A DNA stretch of 64,000 nt from an uncultured Candidatus Saccharibacteria bacterium (GTDB lineage Bacteria > Patescibacteriota > Minisyncoccia > Phycocordibacterales > JABMNX01): contig CAZNRH010000002.1 of the NCBI GenBank assembly GCA_964575755.1, positions 6,107-70,106 on the forward strand, given 5' to 3'. The number at the start of each line of letters is the position of its first letter. The first letter of the stretch is position 1. Both the position numbers and the translations under genes were made by a program. Shown here one piece after another: positions 55,732 through 64,000 of this stretch. Under the pieces are notes generated by a model. It had not been told where the DNA came from. It saw nothing but the letters and a program-made list of their open reading frames with translations, and did no database searches.

Positions 55732-57777
55732 TTATACCACCTCTAAATTAACTCGCTTTAAAGATAATGCATTAATAACAACGATAACCGTTGAAAGGCT
55801 CATTAGTAAAGCGCCTATCTCTGGACGTAAGAAAAATCCAAATACCGCAAACACTCCTGCTGCTGCTGGGATGGCGACAATGTTGTAGCCAAGCGCCCAC
55901 ACAAGATTTTGAATCATCTTTGTATATACTGCTTTTGAGAGTACAAGTAATTTAACAATATCCCTAGGGTCGCTCTTCATAAGCACTACGTCGCCAGCCT
56001 CCACAGCAACATCCGTACCAGCCCCTATTGCGATACCTACATTTGCTTGAGTTAATGCTGGCGCATCATTTACACCGTCGCCTACCATAAGAACTACACT
56101 ACCGTCTTCTTGTAATTTTTTTATATGATTGTACTTATCTTCAGGTAGAACATTTGCAAAATATGTGTCTATGTTGAGTTTTTTTGCTACCCCTCCCGCA
56201 ACATCATTGTTATCACCAGTAAGCATCGCGACCTTAACCCCAAGCTTGTGTAGTTTACTGACAGCGCTATATGATTCATCTTTTATTTCATCAGAAAGAG
56301 CAATCACCCCAACTACCTTCTTGTCACTTGTAATAAATACTGACGTCTTGCCCTCTGCAGAAAAATCTGCATACACCTTCTCTGCTTCAGTATCTGATAT
56401 CTTAGCGTCTGTTATAAGTGCATGATTTCCAACTCCATGCTCAACACCATCAACCACGCCACTAACCCCCTTACCTGCTATGTTTTTAAACTGCTTAGGA
56501 TTACTCAAAACAATCCCTTTTTCTTTTACATAATTTACAATAGACTTCCCAATAATATGAGAAGAGTGCTGTTCTAGAGATGCAACTATCTTTAATACTT
56601 GATCATCTGTGTGCTCGTTAAATGACACAATATCAGTCACCCCAAACTCTCCTTTTGTTAAGGTGCCTGTTTTATCAAATACAACATAATTAGTTTTTTT
56701 AATAACTTCAATTTTTGACAAATCTTTAATAAACACACCATTTTTTACCGCCAGTGAAGTTGTGATGGTGGTGACTGTCGGTATAGCCAGACCAAGGGCA
56801 TGAGGGCACGCCACAACAAGCACGGTGATACCAAGGGTAATAGAAAACACAAACGGTTCCCCCATAAACACAGACCACACAAGAATTGTTAAGAGAGCGG
56901 TGATACCAGCAATAAAAGTAAGCATAGCAGCGGCTTTATCTGCAATACGCTGTGAGCGTGGTTTTGTACTTTGTGCGTCAGAAATAAGTTTCTGAATTTG
57001 ACCAATAGTAGAGTCTTCACCAACTCGAGATAACACTATGACAAGTGAACCATCTAAACATATAGAACCAGCCACAACTTCGTCTTTTTCTTTTTTCTCA
57101 ATAGGTTTTGATTCCCCACTTATAAGTGACTCGTCTATGTTCGCAGAACCTTCTTTAATAATTCCATCTGCAGGAATCTTCTCTCCTGGTTTTACCAGTA
57201 CGATATCCCCATCCTTCAGAAGTTCAACACCCACCTCCTCTTCCACCCCATTTACAATCTTATGGGCTTTCTTAGGTAAAAGCTTAGCAACTTCTTGGAG
57301 GGCATTACCAGCAGCAGTACTAGAGCGTGCCTCAAGATAATGCCCAAAAAGAAGTACCCATATAAGTGTAGATATTTCAATATAAAACTCTGCGTCTAGT
57401 GCTGGTATAAACGTAGAAACTACAGAAAAAAGGTACCCTGAACCAACAGCCAGAGAGACCAGGGTCATCATTCCATATTTCCGAGCCTTTATCTCGTGCG
57501 ATGCGTGCTCGAAAAACACTAGAGCAAAACCAAATATAATTGTTGCTATGCCGAGCTGAATCCACTTACCAAGAGGGAGTGTACCTATTCCTATAAACCC
57601 CACTACGGATTCATTTGTAAATATAAGTGGAATTAAAAGAAATGTAACAATCCAAAATCTACGAAGAAAATCCCTAGATGAACCGTGATCCATCCCAGGG
57701 CTACTAGAATGCTCGACGCCACACGCGTCGTGTTGCTTATCACCACAATGTTCCATACTCACATTCTTTTGTGTCAC
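55732..57777 (-). CDS. copB: P1B-type heavy-metal (copper) translocating ATPase, CopB-like
   Basis: TM6 CPH motif (VVACPHALGLAIPT), DKTGTLT, GDGVNDAPAL, TGES actuator; His/Cys-rich N-terminus (MEHCGDKQHDACGVEH) instead of a classic GMTCxxC HMA domain. Confidence 0.9.
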   Translation of the reverse strand: MTQKNVSMEHCGDKQHDACGVEHSSSPGMDHGSSRDFLRRFWIVTFLLIPLIFTNESVVGFIGIGTLPLGKWIQLGIATIIFGFALVFFEHASHEIKARKYGMMTLVSLAVGSGYLFSVVSTFIPALDAEFYIEISTLIWVLLFGHYLEARSSTAAGNALQEVAKLLPKKAHKIVNGVEEEVGVELLKDGDIVLVKPGEKIPADGIIKEGSANIDESLISGESKPIEKKEKDEVVAGSICLDGSLVIVLSRVGEDSTIGQIQKLISDAQSTKPRSQRIADKAAAMLTFIAGITALLTILVWSVFMGEPFVFSITLGITVLVVACPHALGLAIPTVTTITTSLAVKNGVFIKDLSKIEVIKKTNYVVFDKTGTLTKGEFGVTDIVSFNEHTDDQVLKIVASLEQHSSHIIGKSIVNYVKEKGIVLSNPKQFKNIAGKGVSGVVDGVEHGVGNHALITDAKISDTEAEKVYADFSAEGKTSVFITSDKKVVGVIALSDEIKDESYSAVSKLHKLGVKVAMLTGDNNDVAGGVAKKLNIDTYFANVLPEDKYNHIKKLQEDGSVVLMVGDGVNDAPALTQANVGIAIGAGTDVAVEAGDVVLMKSDPRDIVKLLVLSKAVYTKMIQNLVWALGYNIVAIPAAAGVFAVFGFFLRPEIGALLMSLSTVIVVINALSLKRVNLEVV

Positions 57778-57795
57778 TTTGTTTCTATTATTTAA

Positions 57796-58062
57796 TTAAT
57801 TTTTATCTTTTTCCAACTCTTCAAATTTTTCTGTAAATTGTTCTTTTGTTGCACCTCCAAAAACAAAAAATTTATCGTTGACCAAAATACCAGGACTTGA
57901 AAGGATCCCATACTTTTTAACCATTTCCTGTCCCTCAGGGGTCACCATATCAACTTCTTCGATTGTTATATCAGGATAATCTGATTTCATTTCTTCAAGT
58001 GTTGCTTTTACCGCTTTACAATGTGCACATCCATCTGGACGAATAAGTGTTACTTTTAACAT
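57796..58062 (-). CDS. Glutaredoxin/thioredoxin-like small protein (CAHC)
   Basis: 88 aa, CxxC motif PDGCAHCKAV near N-terminus, thioredoxin-fold length. Confidence 0.6.
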   Translation of the reverse strand: MLKVTLIRPDGCAHCKAVKATLEEMKSDYPDITIEEVDMVTPEGQEMVKKYGILSSPGILVNDKFFVFGGATKEQFTEKFEELEKDKN

Positions 58063-58088
58063 AATTTTTATAATTTATTAATTTACTA

Positions 58089-58322
58089 TTAATTTTTCCG
58101 ACCTTTTTTAATAATTTTTGCTACAACTACTGTCGCGACAATAATTAAAACTGCAACAAGTGGTCCAACCCAATCCGCCTCAGAAATCACGGTGATGTTT
58201 TCCTCTCCTTCATGAGCAAACACAGTTGCGGACGACAGTAGAAAGTATGCGATTGTGAGAATGGTTAATTTCACCCCGTTAGAAGTCTGTCTTACATAAC
58301 TACTATGTTTAATTTTATACAT
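58089..58322 (-). CDS. Small secreted/membrane protein with HEGEEN motif and C-terminal TM anchor
   Basis: Signal peptide, acidic His/Glu patch, C-terminal helix plus KKGRKN stop-transfer. Confidence 0.35.
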   Translation of the reverse strand: MYKIKHSSYVRQTSNGVKLTILTIAYFLLSSATVFAHEGEENITVISEADWVGPLVAVLIIVATVVVAKIIKKGRKN

Positions 58323-58376
58323 ATTTTATATTTATTATGTCCCATTAACCCGATTTAGAGAAACTTCTAACGGGGT

Positions 58377-59342
58377 TCATATATTTTTAATATTTCTTTT
58401 TGAATGAATAGCGTCCCAAAGAACAATTACTCCGATAATACCCCCAAATACAAGCCATGGGACAATACCACCTTCACCAGATGGGATACTGAGCGAGGCT
58501 TCAATAGCACCCGACTCAGCAATTCTAGGAAATGCAATTTCTAACCATCTATTCCACGCTTGATGGATGATAGAATCTTCAAACCATGCCATACCAAATA
58601 TGCCGTAGTTTAATATGAATGCACCAAGACCAACCAACATCCATGAAACCCACCGTTTCACTTTTTCTTGATAGTCACTAACCTTGCTCATAGCGTTAAT
58701 TCCTAAGACTGCCAAGACCACCAAGAAAAGTAGTGGTACGACTCTACCAAGTCCATGTATAGCGCCAAGCGAAGCTCCTACTGTTGGTATTCCAACAGTC
58801 GCAACATAACCAAATAAAATATAAAACGCAGGATTAGGGCATCCTACACCAGCATTGCCTAAGAAAAAACCTAAAAAGAAACTCCTCAAATAGTCATTTT
58901 TGCCTTGGAGAGATTTAGGCATGATTGTCTGCTTAAAAGGTAATCTAAACTTCACAAGACCAAGTTCCGAAATACCAAAGAAAAGTGCCGCGACCCCTCC
59001 AATCAAAAGCATAGCACTTATAATCTTGTACAATGCAACAAATCCACCAAGCCATCCAAGGACAACTCCGTATATAGTGAATGTAACAATGAGTCCAAGC
59101 CCAAAGAGAAGTGCCATCATGAACCCCTTACCTTTTTCTCGCGAAAGAGCTAACGGAACAATAATAAAGACAAGCGGAAATGTACATGGTAGTACTATCA
59201 TAGAAAGCCCCGCAAGAAATGCGAGAGAATATCCAGGTATGAACTCAGACGAGGTCATAAAACTGAAGACCCCAATGAGAATAATCGACAAAAGTACAAA
59301 TGCCGAGAATACAAGCCAAATTTTAAAAACTTTTGAAGTCAT
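58377..59342 (-). CDS. DsbD/CcdA-family membrane thiol-disulfide electron transporter-like protein
   Basis: Polytopic; two intramembrane Cys in CcdA-like contexts (MIVLPCTFPL and GVGCPNPAF). Confidence 0.5.
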   Translation of the reverse strand: MTSKVFKIWLVFSAFVLLSIILIGVFSFMTSSEFIPGYSLAFLAGLSMIVLPCTFPLVFIIVPLALSREKGKGFMMALLFGLGLIVTFTIYGVVLGWLGGFVALYKIISAMLLIGGVAALFFGISELGLVKFRLPFKQTIMPKSLQGKNDYLRSFFLGFFLGNAGVGCPNPAFYILFGYVATVGIPTVGASLGAIHGLGRVVPLLFLVVLAVLGINAMSKVSDYQEKVKRWVSWMLVGLGAFILNYGIFGMAWFEDSIIHQAWNRWLEIAFPRIAESGAIEASLSIPSGEGGIVPWLVFGGIIGVIVLWDAIHSKRNIKNI

Positions 59343-59382
59343 ATATTAATTATATTTTAGATTATATAAAACCATAACCCAC

Positions 59383-59859
59383 TTATTCAACATCATTTTT
59401 AACAACATTGCCTGAAAACGTCACTTTAATCTCTGGTGTAACTGTAGAATTGGTTTTAAGCATTAATTCTCGCTTTATTTTACCTATACCATTTGGTCCA
59501 TGTGCAAGAGGGTCAAAAGTAGCAGTAAGAGTCTTTTCTTCTCCAGCTGGAATAATCACAGTTTTACCAGAACTTTCATGCATACCAAATTCTAAATCAC
59601 CTATTTTTCCTGCTGTGCACATACAGCTTGTTACAGCCGATAAAATACTAACATCTTCATCTCCTTCATTTTTAAGTGTATACGTAGTACTTACTTTTCC
59701 ACTAAATATGTCTATGTCACCGAAGTCATGTGATGGTTCAACAACTGTTATAACCGATGCAACTTCAGTAAGTTGAGAAGTTTCATCTTTTGTTAATCCA
59801 TATGAAGCAACTATGAGTATCCCTACAAGTATTAATGCTCCTATTATATATTTATTCAT
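59383..59859 (-). CDS. Secreted DUF1573-domain protein
   Basis: Signal peptide; HDFGDI...YTLKNEGDEDVSI...SCMCT pattern typical of DUF1573 Ig-like domains. Confidence 0.55.
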   Translation of the reverse strand: MNKYIIGALILVGILIVASYGLTKDETSQLTEVASVITVVEPSHDFGDIDIFSGKVSTTYTLKNEGDEDVSILSAVTSCMCTAGKIGDLEFGMHESSGKTVIIPAGEEKTLTATFDPLAHGPNGIGKIKRELMLKTNSTVTPEIKVTFSGNVVKNDVE

Positions 59860-59884
59860 TGTTTCTTAATATTAAATTAATAAA

Positions 59885-60739
59885 CTATTCCCCTTCTTTA
59901 ATGTCGACTTGTATTGCCACTTCAGCTTCAGGTGTTAATTTATCGTTAGTTGGGATAAAAATCGTGCGCTTAAATACACCAAGTGGTTCTTCATGAAAAT
60001 CTGGGTTGAAAAACACAGTGAGGATTGTCTCTCCTCCTTTAGGAATGGTTCGTGAAGCAACATTTGCAGATGTACAACTACAACTTGTTGTAATATCTCC
60101 TATTACAAGTTCCTCTGTTCCCTCATTCTTTACTGTAAAAGTTGTCTCTACTACACCACCATATTGTGTGATAACACCGAAATCATGCATAATACGGTCA
60201 AGAGTTATCCTTGGACCATCTGAAGATGCGTCTACATCATTCCCGCTCGCTGTGTTCGCACCAGTAAGCGCTCCTGTTTCAGTAAATGGGTAATTATCTT
60301 CTTCCCAATGAATCATTCCTCCTGAAACACTCTTTATATTTGTGTAACCAAGTGAATTCATAATGTCATATGCGGTCTTACTCCGCGCACCGCTTCTGCA
60401 ATATATAATGATCTCTTTGTCTTTTGAGGACTCTCCCAATCCAATACTAGCTAGCGACTGCTGTGATAATTCTTGAACTGGAAGAAGTAGAGCACCTTTT
60501 AGATGGATTTCCTCATATTCTCCTAAAGTTCGTACGTCTAGTAAAATAATATCTTTATTATTTTTAATTTTGTTGGCTACATCTTCTGGATAAATTTCGT
60601 GACTTTCTACCATCTCGTTTTCATGATGTCCTACATCTGTCATCATACTGTTGTTATTCATACTAGTTGTAAAAAAGTAACCGATTCCTATAACAACAAC
60701 TAATGTAAAAGATATAGTAGCAATGTTGTTTATATTCAT
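59885..60739 (-). CDS. Membrane-anchored rhodanese (sulfurtransferase) domain fused to a DUF1573 domain
   Basis: Rhodanese active-site loop YCRSGARS; C-terminal HDFGVI...FTVKNEGTEELVI...SCSCT DUF1573. Confidence 0.7.
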   Translation of the reverse strand: MNINNIATISFTLVVVIGIGYFFTTSMNNNSMMTDVGHHENEMVESHEIYPEDVANKIKNNKDIILLDVRTLGEYEEIHLKGALLLPVQELSQQSLASIGLGESSKDKEIIIYCRSGARSKTAYDIMNSLGYTNIKSVSGGMIHWEEDNYPFTETGALTGANTASGNDVDASSDGPRITLDRIMHDFGVITQYGGVVETTFTVKNEGTEELVIGDITTSCSCTSANVASRTIPKGGETILTVFFNPDFHEEPLGVFKRTIFIPTNDKLTPEAEVAIQVDIKEGE

Positions 60740-60742
60740 ATG

Positions 60743-61012
60743 TTATTTTTTCTTTGATAATTTATATACTGATAAAATTTCATCTATTGCGCGTTTATGT
60801 TTACCACTCTTCATTTGTTGAACCACATGTGTAGATAAGTGGTTTTCAAGCATCATATCTTCAATAGAAGAAAGAGCCTGCCGTACAGCAGATGTCTGAG
60901 TAATAACATCAACGCAATACTCCCCTTCTTCGATCATTTTATAGAGCCCCTTGACCTGACCTTCGATTATTTTAAGTCTTCGTAGCAATTTCTTCTTTAC
61001 TTCTTTTTTCAT
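60743..61012 (-). CDS. csoR: CsoR/RcnR-family metal-sensing transcriptional repressor
   Basis: LRRLKIIEGQVKGLYKMIEEGEYCVDVITQ; ligand positions read x-C-H-H (Cys in YCVDV, His in ENHL and STHV), intermediate between CsoR (x-C-H-C) and RcnR (H-C-H-H). Confidence 0.8.
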   Translation of the reverse strand: MKKEVKKKLLRRLKIIEGQVKGLYKMIEEGEYCVDVITQTSAVRQALSSIEDMMLENHLSTHVVQQMKSGKHKRAIDEILSVYKLSKKK

Positions 61013-61019
61013 GTCAGTG

Positions 61020-61044
61020 TATAATACCCCATGGGGGTATTATA
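61020..61044. promoter_or_regulatory. Candidate CsoR operator: perfect palindrome TATAATACCCC-ATG-GGGGTATTATA in the divergent promoter region
   Basis: 11-nt perfect inverted arms around ATG; ATACCCC...GGGGTAT matches the G/C-tract pseudo-palindromes bound by CsoR-family repressors; overlaps a -10-like TATAAT. Confidence 0.6.
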
Positions 61045-61135
61045 GGTCAAGTGTTTTTTATAGCATCTGTGATACACCACCATTAAGACAGAGTGTGAAC
61101 CGTATATTATTAACGTATTAACTTCATAAATTACT

Positions 61136-61597
61136 ATGAAAAAGATTCTATTACCGCTACTATTTGTGGCTATTGCTATGCCGTTATTATCAAGCGCTCA
61201 TTCAGGAGACACTTCGTCATTCTCTAACACAGACTTCGGACAAGGTTTCATGATGATGCAAGAAGCTGAAGATCGTGCACTTGGCAATGATTTACATGAG
61301 GAAATGGAAGGTCTTATGTTAAAGACAATATCAGACGACATGTCTCAAGCAGACATGGATAGACTTCTTGTTCTTATGGACGAGCATCCAGGAGCTGGTT
61401 CAATGATGATGGGTCGCATGATGGGAGGATATTACAATACTGGATCTGGTTGCTTTTTTAGTGCTGGTTCTATGTATGGGTTCCACAGAGGATCAGGACT
61501 TTGGGGAAGCCTGTTTATGATTATCTTCTGGGGGTTGGCTATAACAGGACTTGTAACTGCTCTTAAGTACGTAAGAAACAATAGAAAATCAAAATAA
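61136..61597 (+). CDS. Secreted Met-rich (putative copper-binding) protein with C-terminal TM anchor
   Basis: Signal peptide; Met clusters (GFMMMQEA, GSMMMGRMMGG) like Met-rich Cu(I) sites; divergent from csoR. Confidence 0.55.
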   Translation: MKKILLPLLFVAIAMPLLSSAHSGDTSSFSNTDFGQGFMMMQEAEDRALGNDLHEEMEGLMLKTISDDMSQADMDRLLVLMDEHPGAGSMMMGRMMGGYYNTGSGCFFSAGSMYGFHRGSGLWGSLFMIIFWGLAITGLVTALKYVRNNRKSK

Positions 61598-61736
61598 TTT
61601 TTTTAAATTAAAATATCTAAACAGACAACAAAAAACAAACGGCAAGAGTACTCTTGCTGTTTGTTTTTTTATACCTTACGTATCTTTTGTATTTTGTCAC
61701 ATAAACCAGTCATATAAATATATTTGTAATATTTTT

Positions 61737-61979
61737 TTAGTCTATTAAAACTAACTTTTTATCTCTGGTCATTCTCTTTATTTCTGCTTCCCTTCTCCTT
61801 GCTTCCGCCACATCTTTTACATTCTCCTTGTATACCAAAACAACAGGGCGACGTGCTTTTGTATATTTAGCACCATTTTTAAGTTCATTGTGTTCTCGAA
61901 GTCTCTTTTCTAAATCAATAGTTGAGCCAGTATACAAAGTACCGTCACCGCATTTAAGAATATAAACAACATATTTCAT
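61737..61979 (-). CDS. GIY-YIG nuclease family small protein (UPF0213/YhbQ-like)
   Basis: YVVYILKCGDGTLYTGSTIDLEKRLREHN GIY-YIG core in 80 aa. Confidence 0.7.
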   Translation of the reverse strand: MKYVVYILKCGDGTLYTGSTIDLEKRLREHNELKNGAKYTKARRPVVLVYKENVKDVAEARRREAEIKRMTRDKKLVLID

Positions 61980-62066
61980 ATGTTAAATTGTAGCAAAATA
62001 ACCTATACAAAATCCAAGGTCTTTCCTTGGATAAATTAGAGTGCTGCGGCATGGCTATAAATGGTT

Positions 62067-62100
62067 AAAGCCCCCGTTTGCTTCCGCAAATGGGGGCTTT
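62067..62100 (-). terminator. Hairpin terminator downstream of pyrC (AAAGCCCCC-GTTTGC..GCAAAT-GGGGGCTTT)
   Basis: 9 plus 5 bp stem, about 90 nt below the pyrC stop. Confidence 0.45.
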
Positions 62101-62189
62101 CTTTGTGGTGTTTAGAGCCGTTTATGAGCCCTTGTACACGAAAAAGAAAGATGGCGCCGATCAAAGCTCGGCGCCATAATTTTCGACAG

Positions 62190-63278
62190 TTAGCCAACCA
62201 TCTTCCATTCAAGTTCTTCACCAAGGAAAAATGGTTGAATTTGGTCAGAGGGCAAGACCCCCCTTTCTTCAGTTGCCCAAACAGGGACAGACTCTTTCAC
62301 AACCCAAGGTTCACGACGTAAGGTAACCATTTCTTCTGAAAGTTTAATACCATAAAACTTAGACCCATTAAGCGACATGAATGCCTCAAAATGTTCAAGT
62401 GCTCCTGCTTTATCAAAAACAGTTGCGTAAAGTTCAAGAGCTGCATGGGCTGAATATATACCGCCCGGACAACACTCGACTTCTTTCTTACCTTTTAGGT
62501 GTGGAGCCGAGTCTGTACCACAAAAAATGTTCGGGTTTCCTGATGCGATAGCATCAATTAAAGCAGTTCTATTGTCCCTTCGTTTTACAACTGGAAGACA
62601 AAACAGATGTGGTCTCAGACCACCCCTAAACAAATCATCTCGTGTAATCAAGAGGTGGTGAGCTGTAACAGTCGCAGCCAGATTCCCACTCGTGTCATTC
62701 ATCACATAATCAACCGCTTCTTTGGTTGTAATATGCTCGAACACGATGCGCAAGTCAGGGTATGAATCGCGAAGCGGTATAAGAACCTTCTTGATAAAAA
62801 CATCCTCGCGGTCAAACGGATCAACTTCGACGCCGTCGTCATGCACAACTTCTCCATGCATCAACAATGGAATTTTGAATTTTTCCATAGCTTTTAAGAC
62901 GTCGTGGATATTATTAATGTCAGTAACGCCAAGCTTTGAGTTTGTCGTCGCATTTGCAGGGTAAAGCTTTGCCGCAACCCAACTTTCATTATGAAATCCC
63001 CACATGAGCTCACTATGGTTTGTGTCGTCCGTAAGGTACGTCGTCATAAGTGGCTTAAAAGTGCTTTTGTCTGGAAGAGCAGACATGATTTCTGCTTTAT
63101 ATTCATCTGCTTGTGGTGTGGTTGTAATTGGCGGATTAAGATTCGGCATAATTATTGCCGAATCAAACTGTCGTGCAGAGTGTCCTATTACTGCTTTAAG
63201 AACATTTCCATCACGTACATGGAGATGTGCATCAAACGGCTTAACAATTGATAGTTCATTAGTTATTGTTTCAGTCAT
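62190..63278 (-). CDS. pyrC: Dihydroorotase, class II (E. coli PyrC type)
   Basis: Near-collinear with E. coli PyrC: DAHLHVRDG, AKLYPANATTNS, HGEV, VFEHITT, GTDSAPH. Confidence 0.9.
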   Translation of the reverse strand: MTETITNELSIVKPFDAHLHVRDGNVLKAVIGHSARQFDSAIIMPNLNPPITTTPQADEYKAEIMSALPDKSTFKPLMTTYLTDDTNHSELMWGFHNESWVAAKLYPANATTNSKLGVTDINNIHDVLKAMEKFKIPLLMHGEVVHDDGVEVDPFDREDVFIKKVLIPLRDSYPDLRIVFEHITTKEAVDYVMNDTSGNLAATVTAHHLLITRDDLFRGGLRPHLFCLPVVKRRDNRTALIDAIASGNPNIFCGTDSAPHLKGKKEVECCPGGIYSAHAALELYATVFDKAGALEHFEAFMSLNGSKFYGIKLSEEMVTLRREPWVVKESVPVWATEERGVLPSDQIQPFFLGEELEWKMVG

Positions 63279-63464
63279 TCTATTGCTTCCTTTTCTATAT
63301 CGACTACTTTAGTGAAGTGTTCAGATAATCTAAAGCGAGTGTATCAAGATTCCATTTTGATAGCAAACCCTAATAAAAACAGACCTATTGCATTATCTTT
63401 GGTTGTGATACACTCCACACAGAATATAAGATTGGTATCAATTATTGTTTTAACTAAACAAGAG

Positions 63465-64000
63465 GAGATTAAGAATGTCGATAGACACAAATATGTCTAA
63501 GATTGGGCTTGCTGCAGGAATGATTAAAAACTTCCCTCAGATGGATCATGGTCAAGAATTGTTTGGTCTGACGAGTCACATCACTTTTGGCTCTTTCACT
63601 TTGAAGCCTCGGACAGGAAACCCTGAACCGACGTACTGGTTTAACCCAAAGACCAATACATCGATCAACGCTGTTGGGCTTACTAATCAAGGGCTAGCGA
63701 CCTTTCTGCGCGAAGACCTACCGACTATTACTCGCCTACTAGACATGACCAGCAACAGCACAGCGCGTATTCGTGTTAGCCTTGTGGAACTTCAAAAAGG
63801 TGATCTTGTAAAAATGTGTGACATGCTCAATAACTCTGAGCTTTCACACCACATCAGTGAAGTGGAAGTAAATGCAGCATGTCCAAATCACCGAAGTATG
63901 AATGGACTCCATCCAGTACTCGCGCATGATTCAAATGCTCTATATATGTTGATGAAGGAAACCGAGACTCTTGGTATTCCAAAAGCAATCAAGATTGCTC
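63465..64000 (+). CDS. pyrD: Dihydroorotate dehydrogenase, N-terminal part (truncated by window end)
   Basis: RBS AGAGGAG; FGSFTLKPRTGNPEPTYWFNPKTNTSINAVGLTNQG and EVNAACPN motifs of class 1 DHODH. Confidence 0.8.

Noticed and set aside
61737-61979. GIY-YIG protein as a homing endonuclease or mobile element
   Set aside because: 80 aa with only the GIY-YIG core and no DNA-binding extension; matches the housekeeping UPF0213/YhbQ-like family and is not inside an intron or intein.
62036-62321. ORFs 62036-62224 (minus) and 62061-62321 (plus)
   Set aside because: They overlap the pyrC terminator hairpin and the pyrC 3' end; short, basic/Cys-rich junk translations.
1-64000. CRISPR arrays, rRNA genes, transposases or integrases
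   Set aside because: No direct-repeat/spacer periodicity, no rRNA-like GC blocks, and no DDE/tyrosine-recombinase motifs were seen; the only repeats are short palindromic terminators.

Overview
Low-GC (~35%) bacterial chromosome segment. Nearly every gene is on the minus strand, and the gene content suggests a small-genome, CPR/Patescibacteria-like organism, although no ribosomal RNA is present to confirm this. Content in order: dnaJ-dnaK-grpE; ribosomal proteins rpsI-rplM and the alpha operon (rplQ-rpoA-rpsD-rpsK-rpsM-rpmJ-infA); a PilM/FtsA-like ATPase with a bitopic partner; a short alaS; an M16 peptidase; a DNA-repair neighbourhood (small alarmone hydrolase, ung, ogt, a Cas4-like 4-Cys PD-(D/E)xK nuclease, an ATP-cone/restriction-endonuclease fusion); mnmA; mltG; leuS; ychF; tRNA-Ala(UGC) next to ddl; a uvrC-X-uvrA-uvrB cluster; tgt interrupted by an in-frame TAA; a glycan-utilisation cluster (ROK kinase, SIS isomerase, GH-A hydrolase, membrane protein, GH1 beta-glucosidase); BdbC/DsbB plus a thioredoxin-like oxidase plus a type IV pilin; and an alkyltransferase-like (ATL) protein. 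The most coherent accessory locus is a ~7 kb minus-strand operon headed by a CsoR-family repressor with a perfect palindromic operator. It continues rhodanese-DUF1573, DUF1573, DsbD/CcdA-like, glutaredoxin-like, CopB-type P1B ATPase, DsbA-like and a CxxC membrane protein, and is divergent from a Met-rich secreted protein. The window ends with divergent pyrC and pyrD. Also noted: several families of palindromic terminators, a GC-rich, possibly structured ~300-nt non-coding region, and a frameshifted secreted-protein gene. All calls rest on visual motif recognition; no database searches were run.
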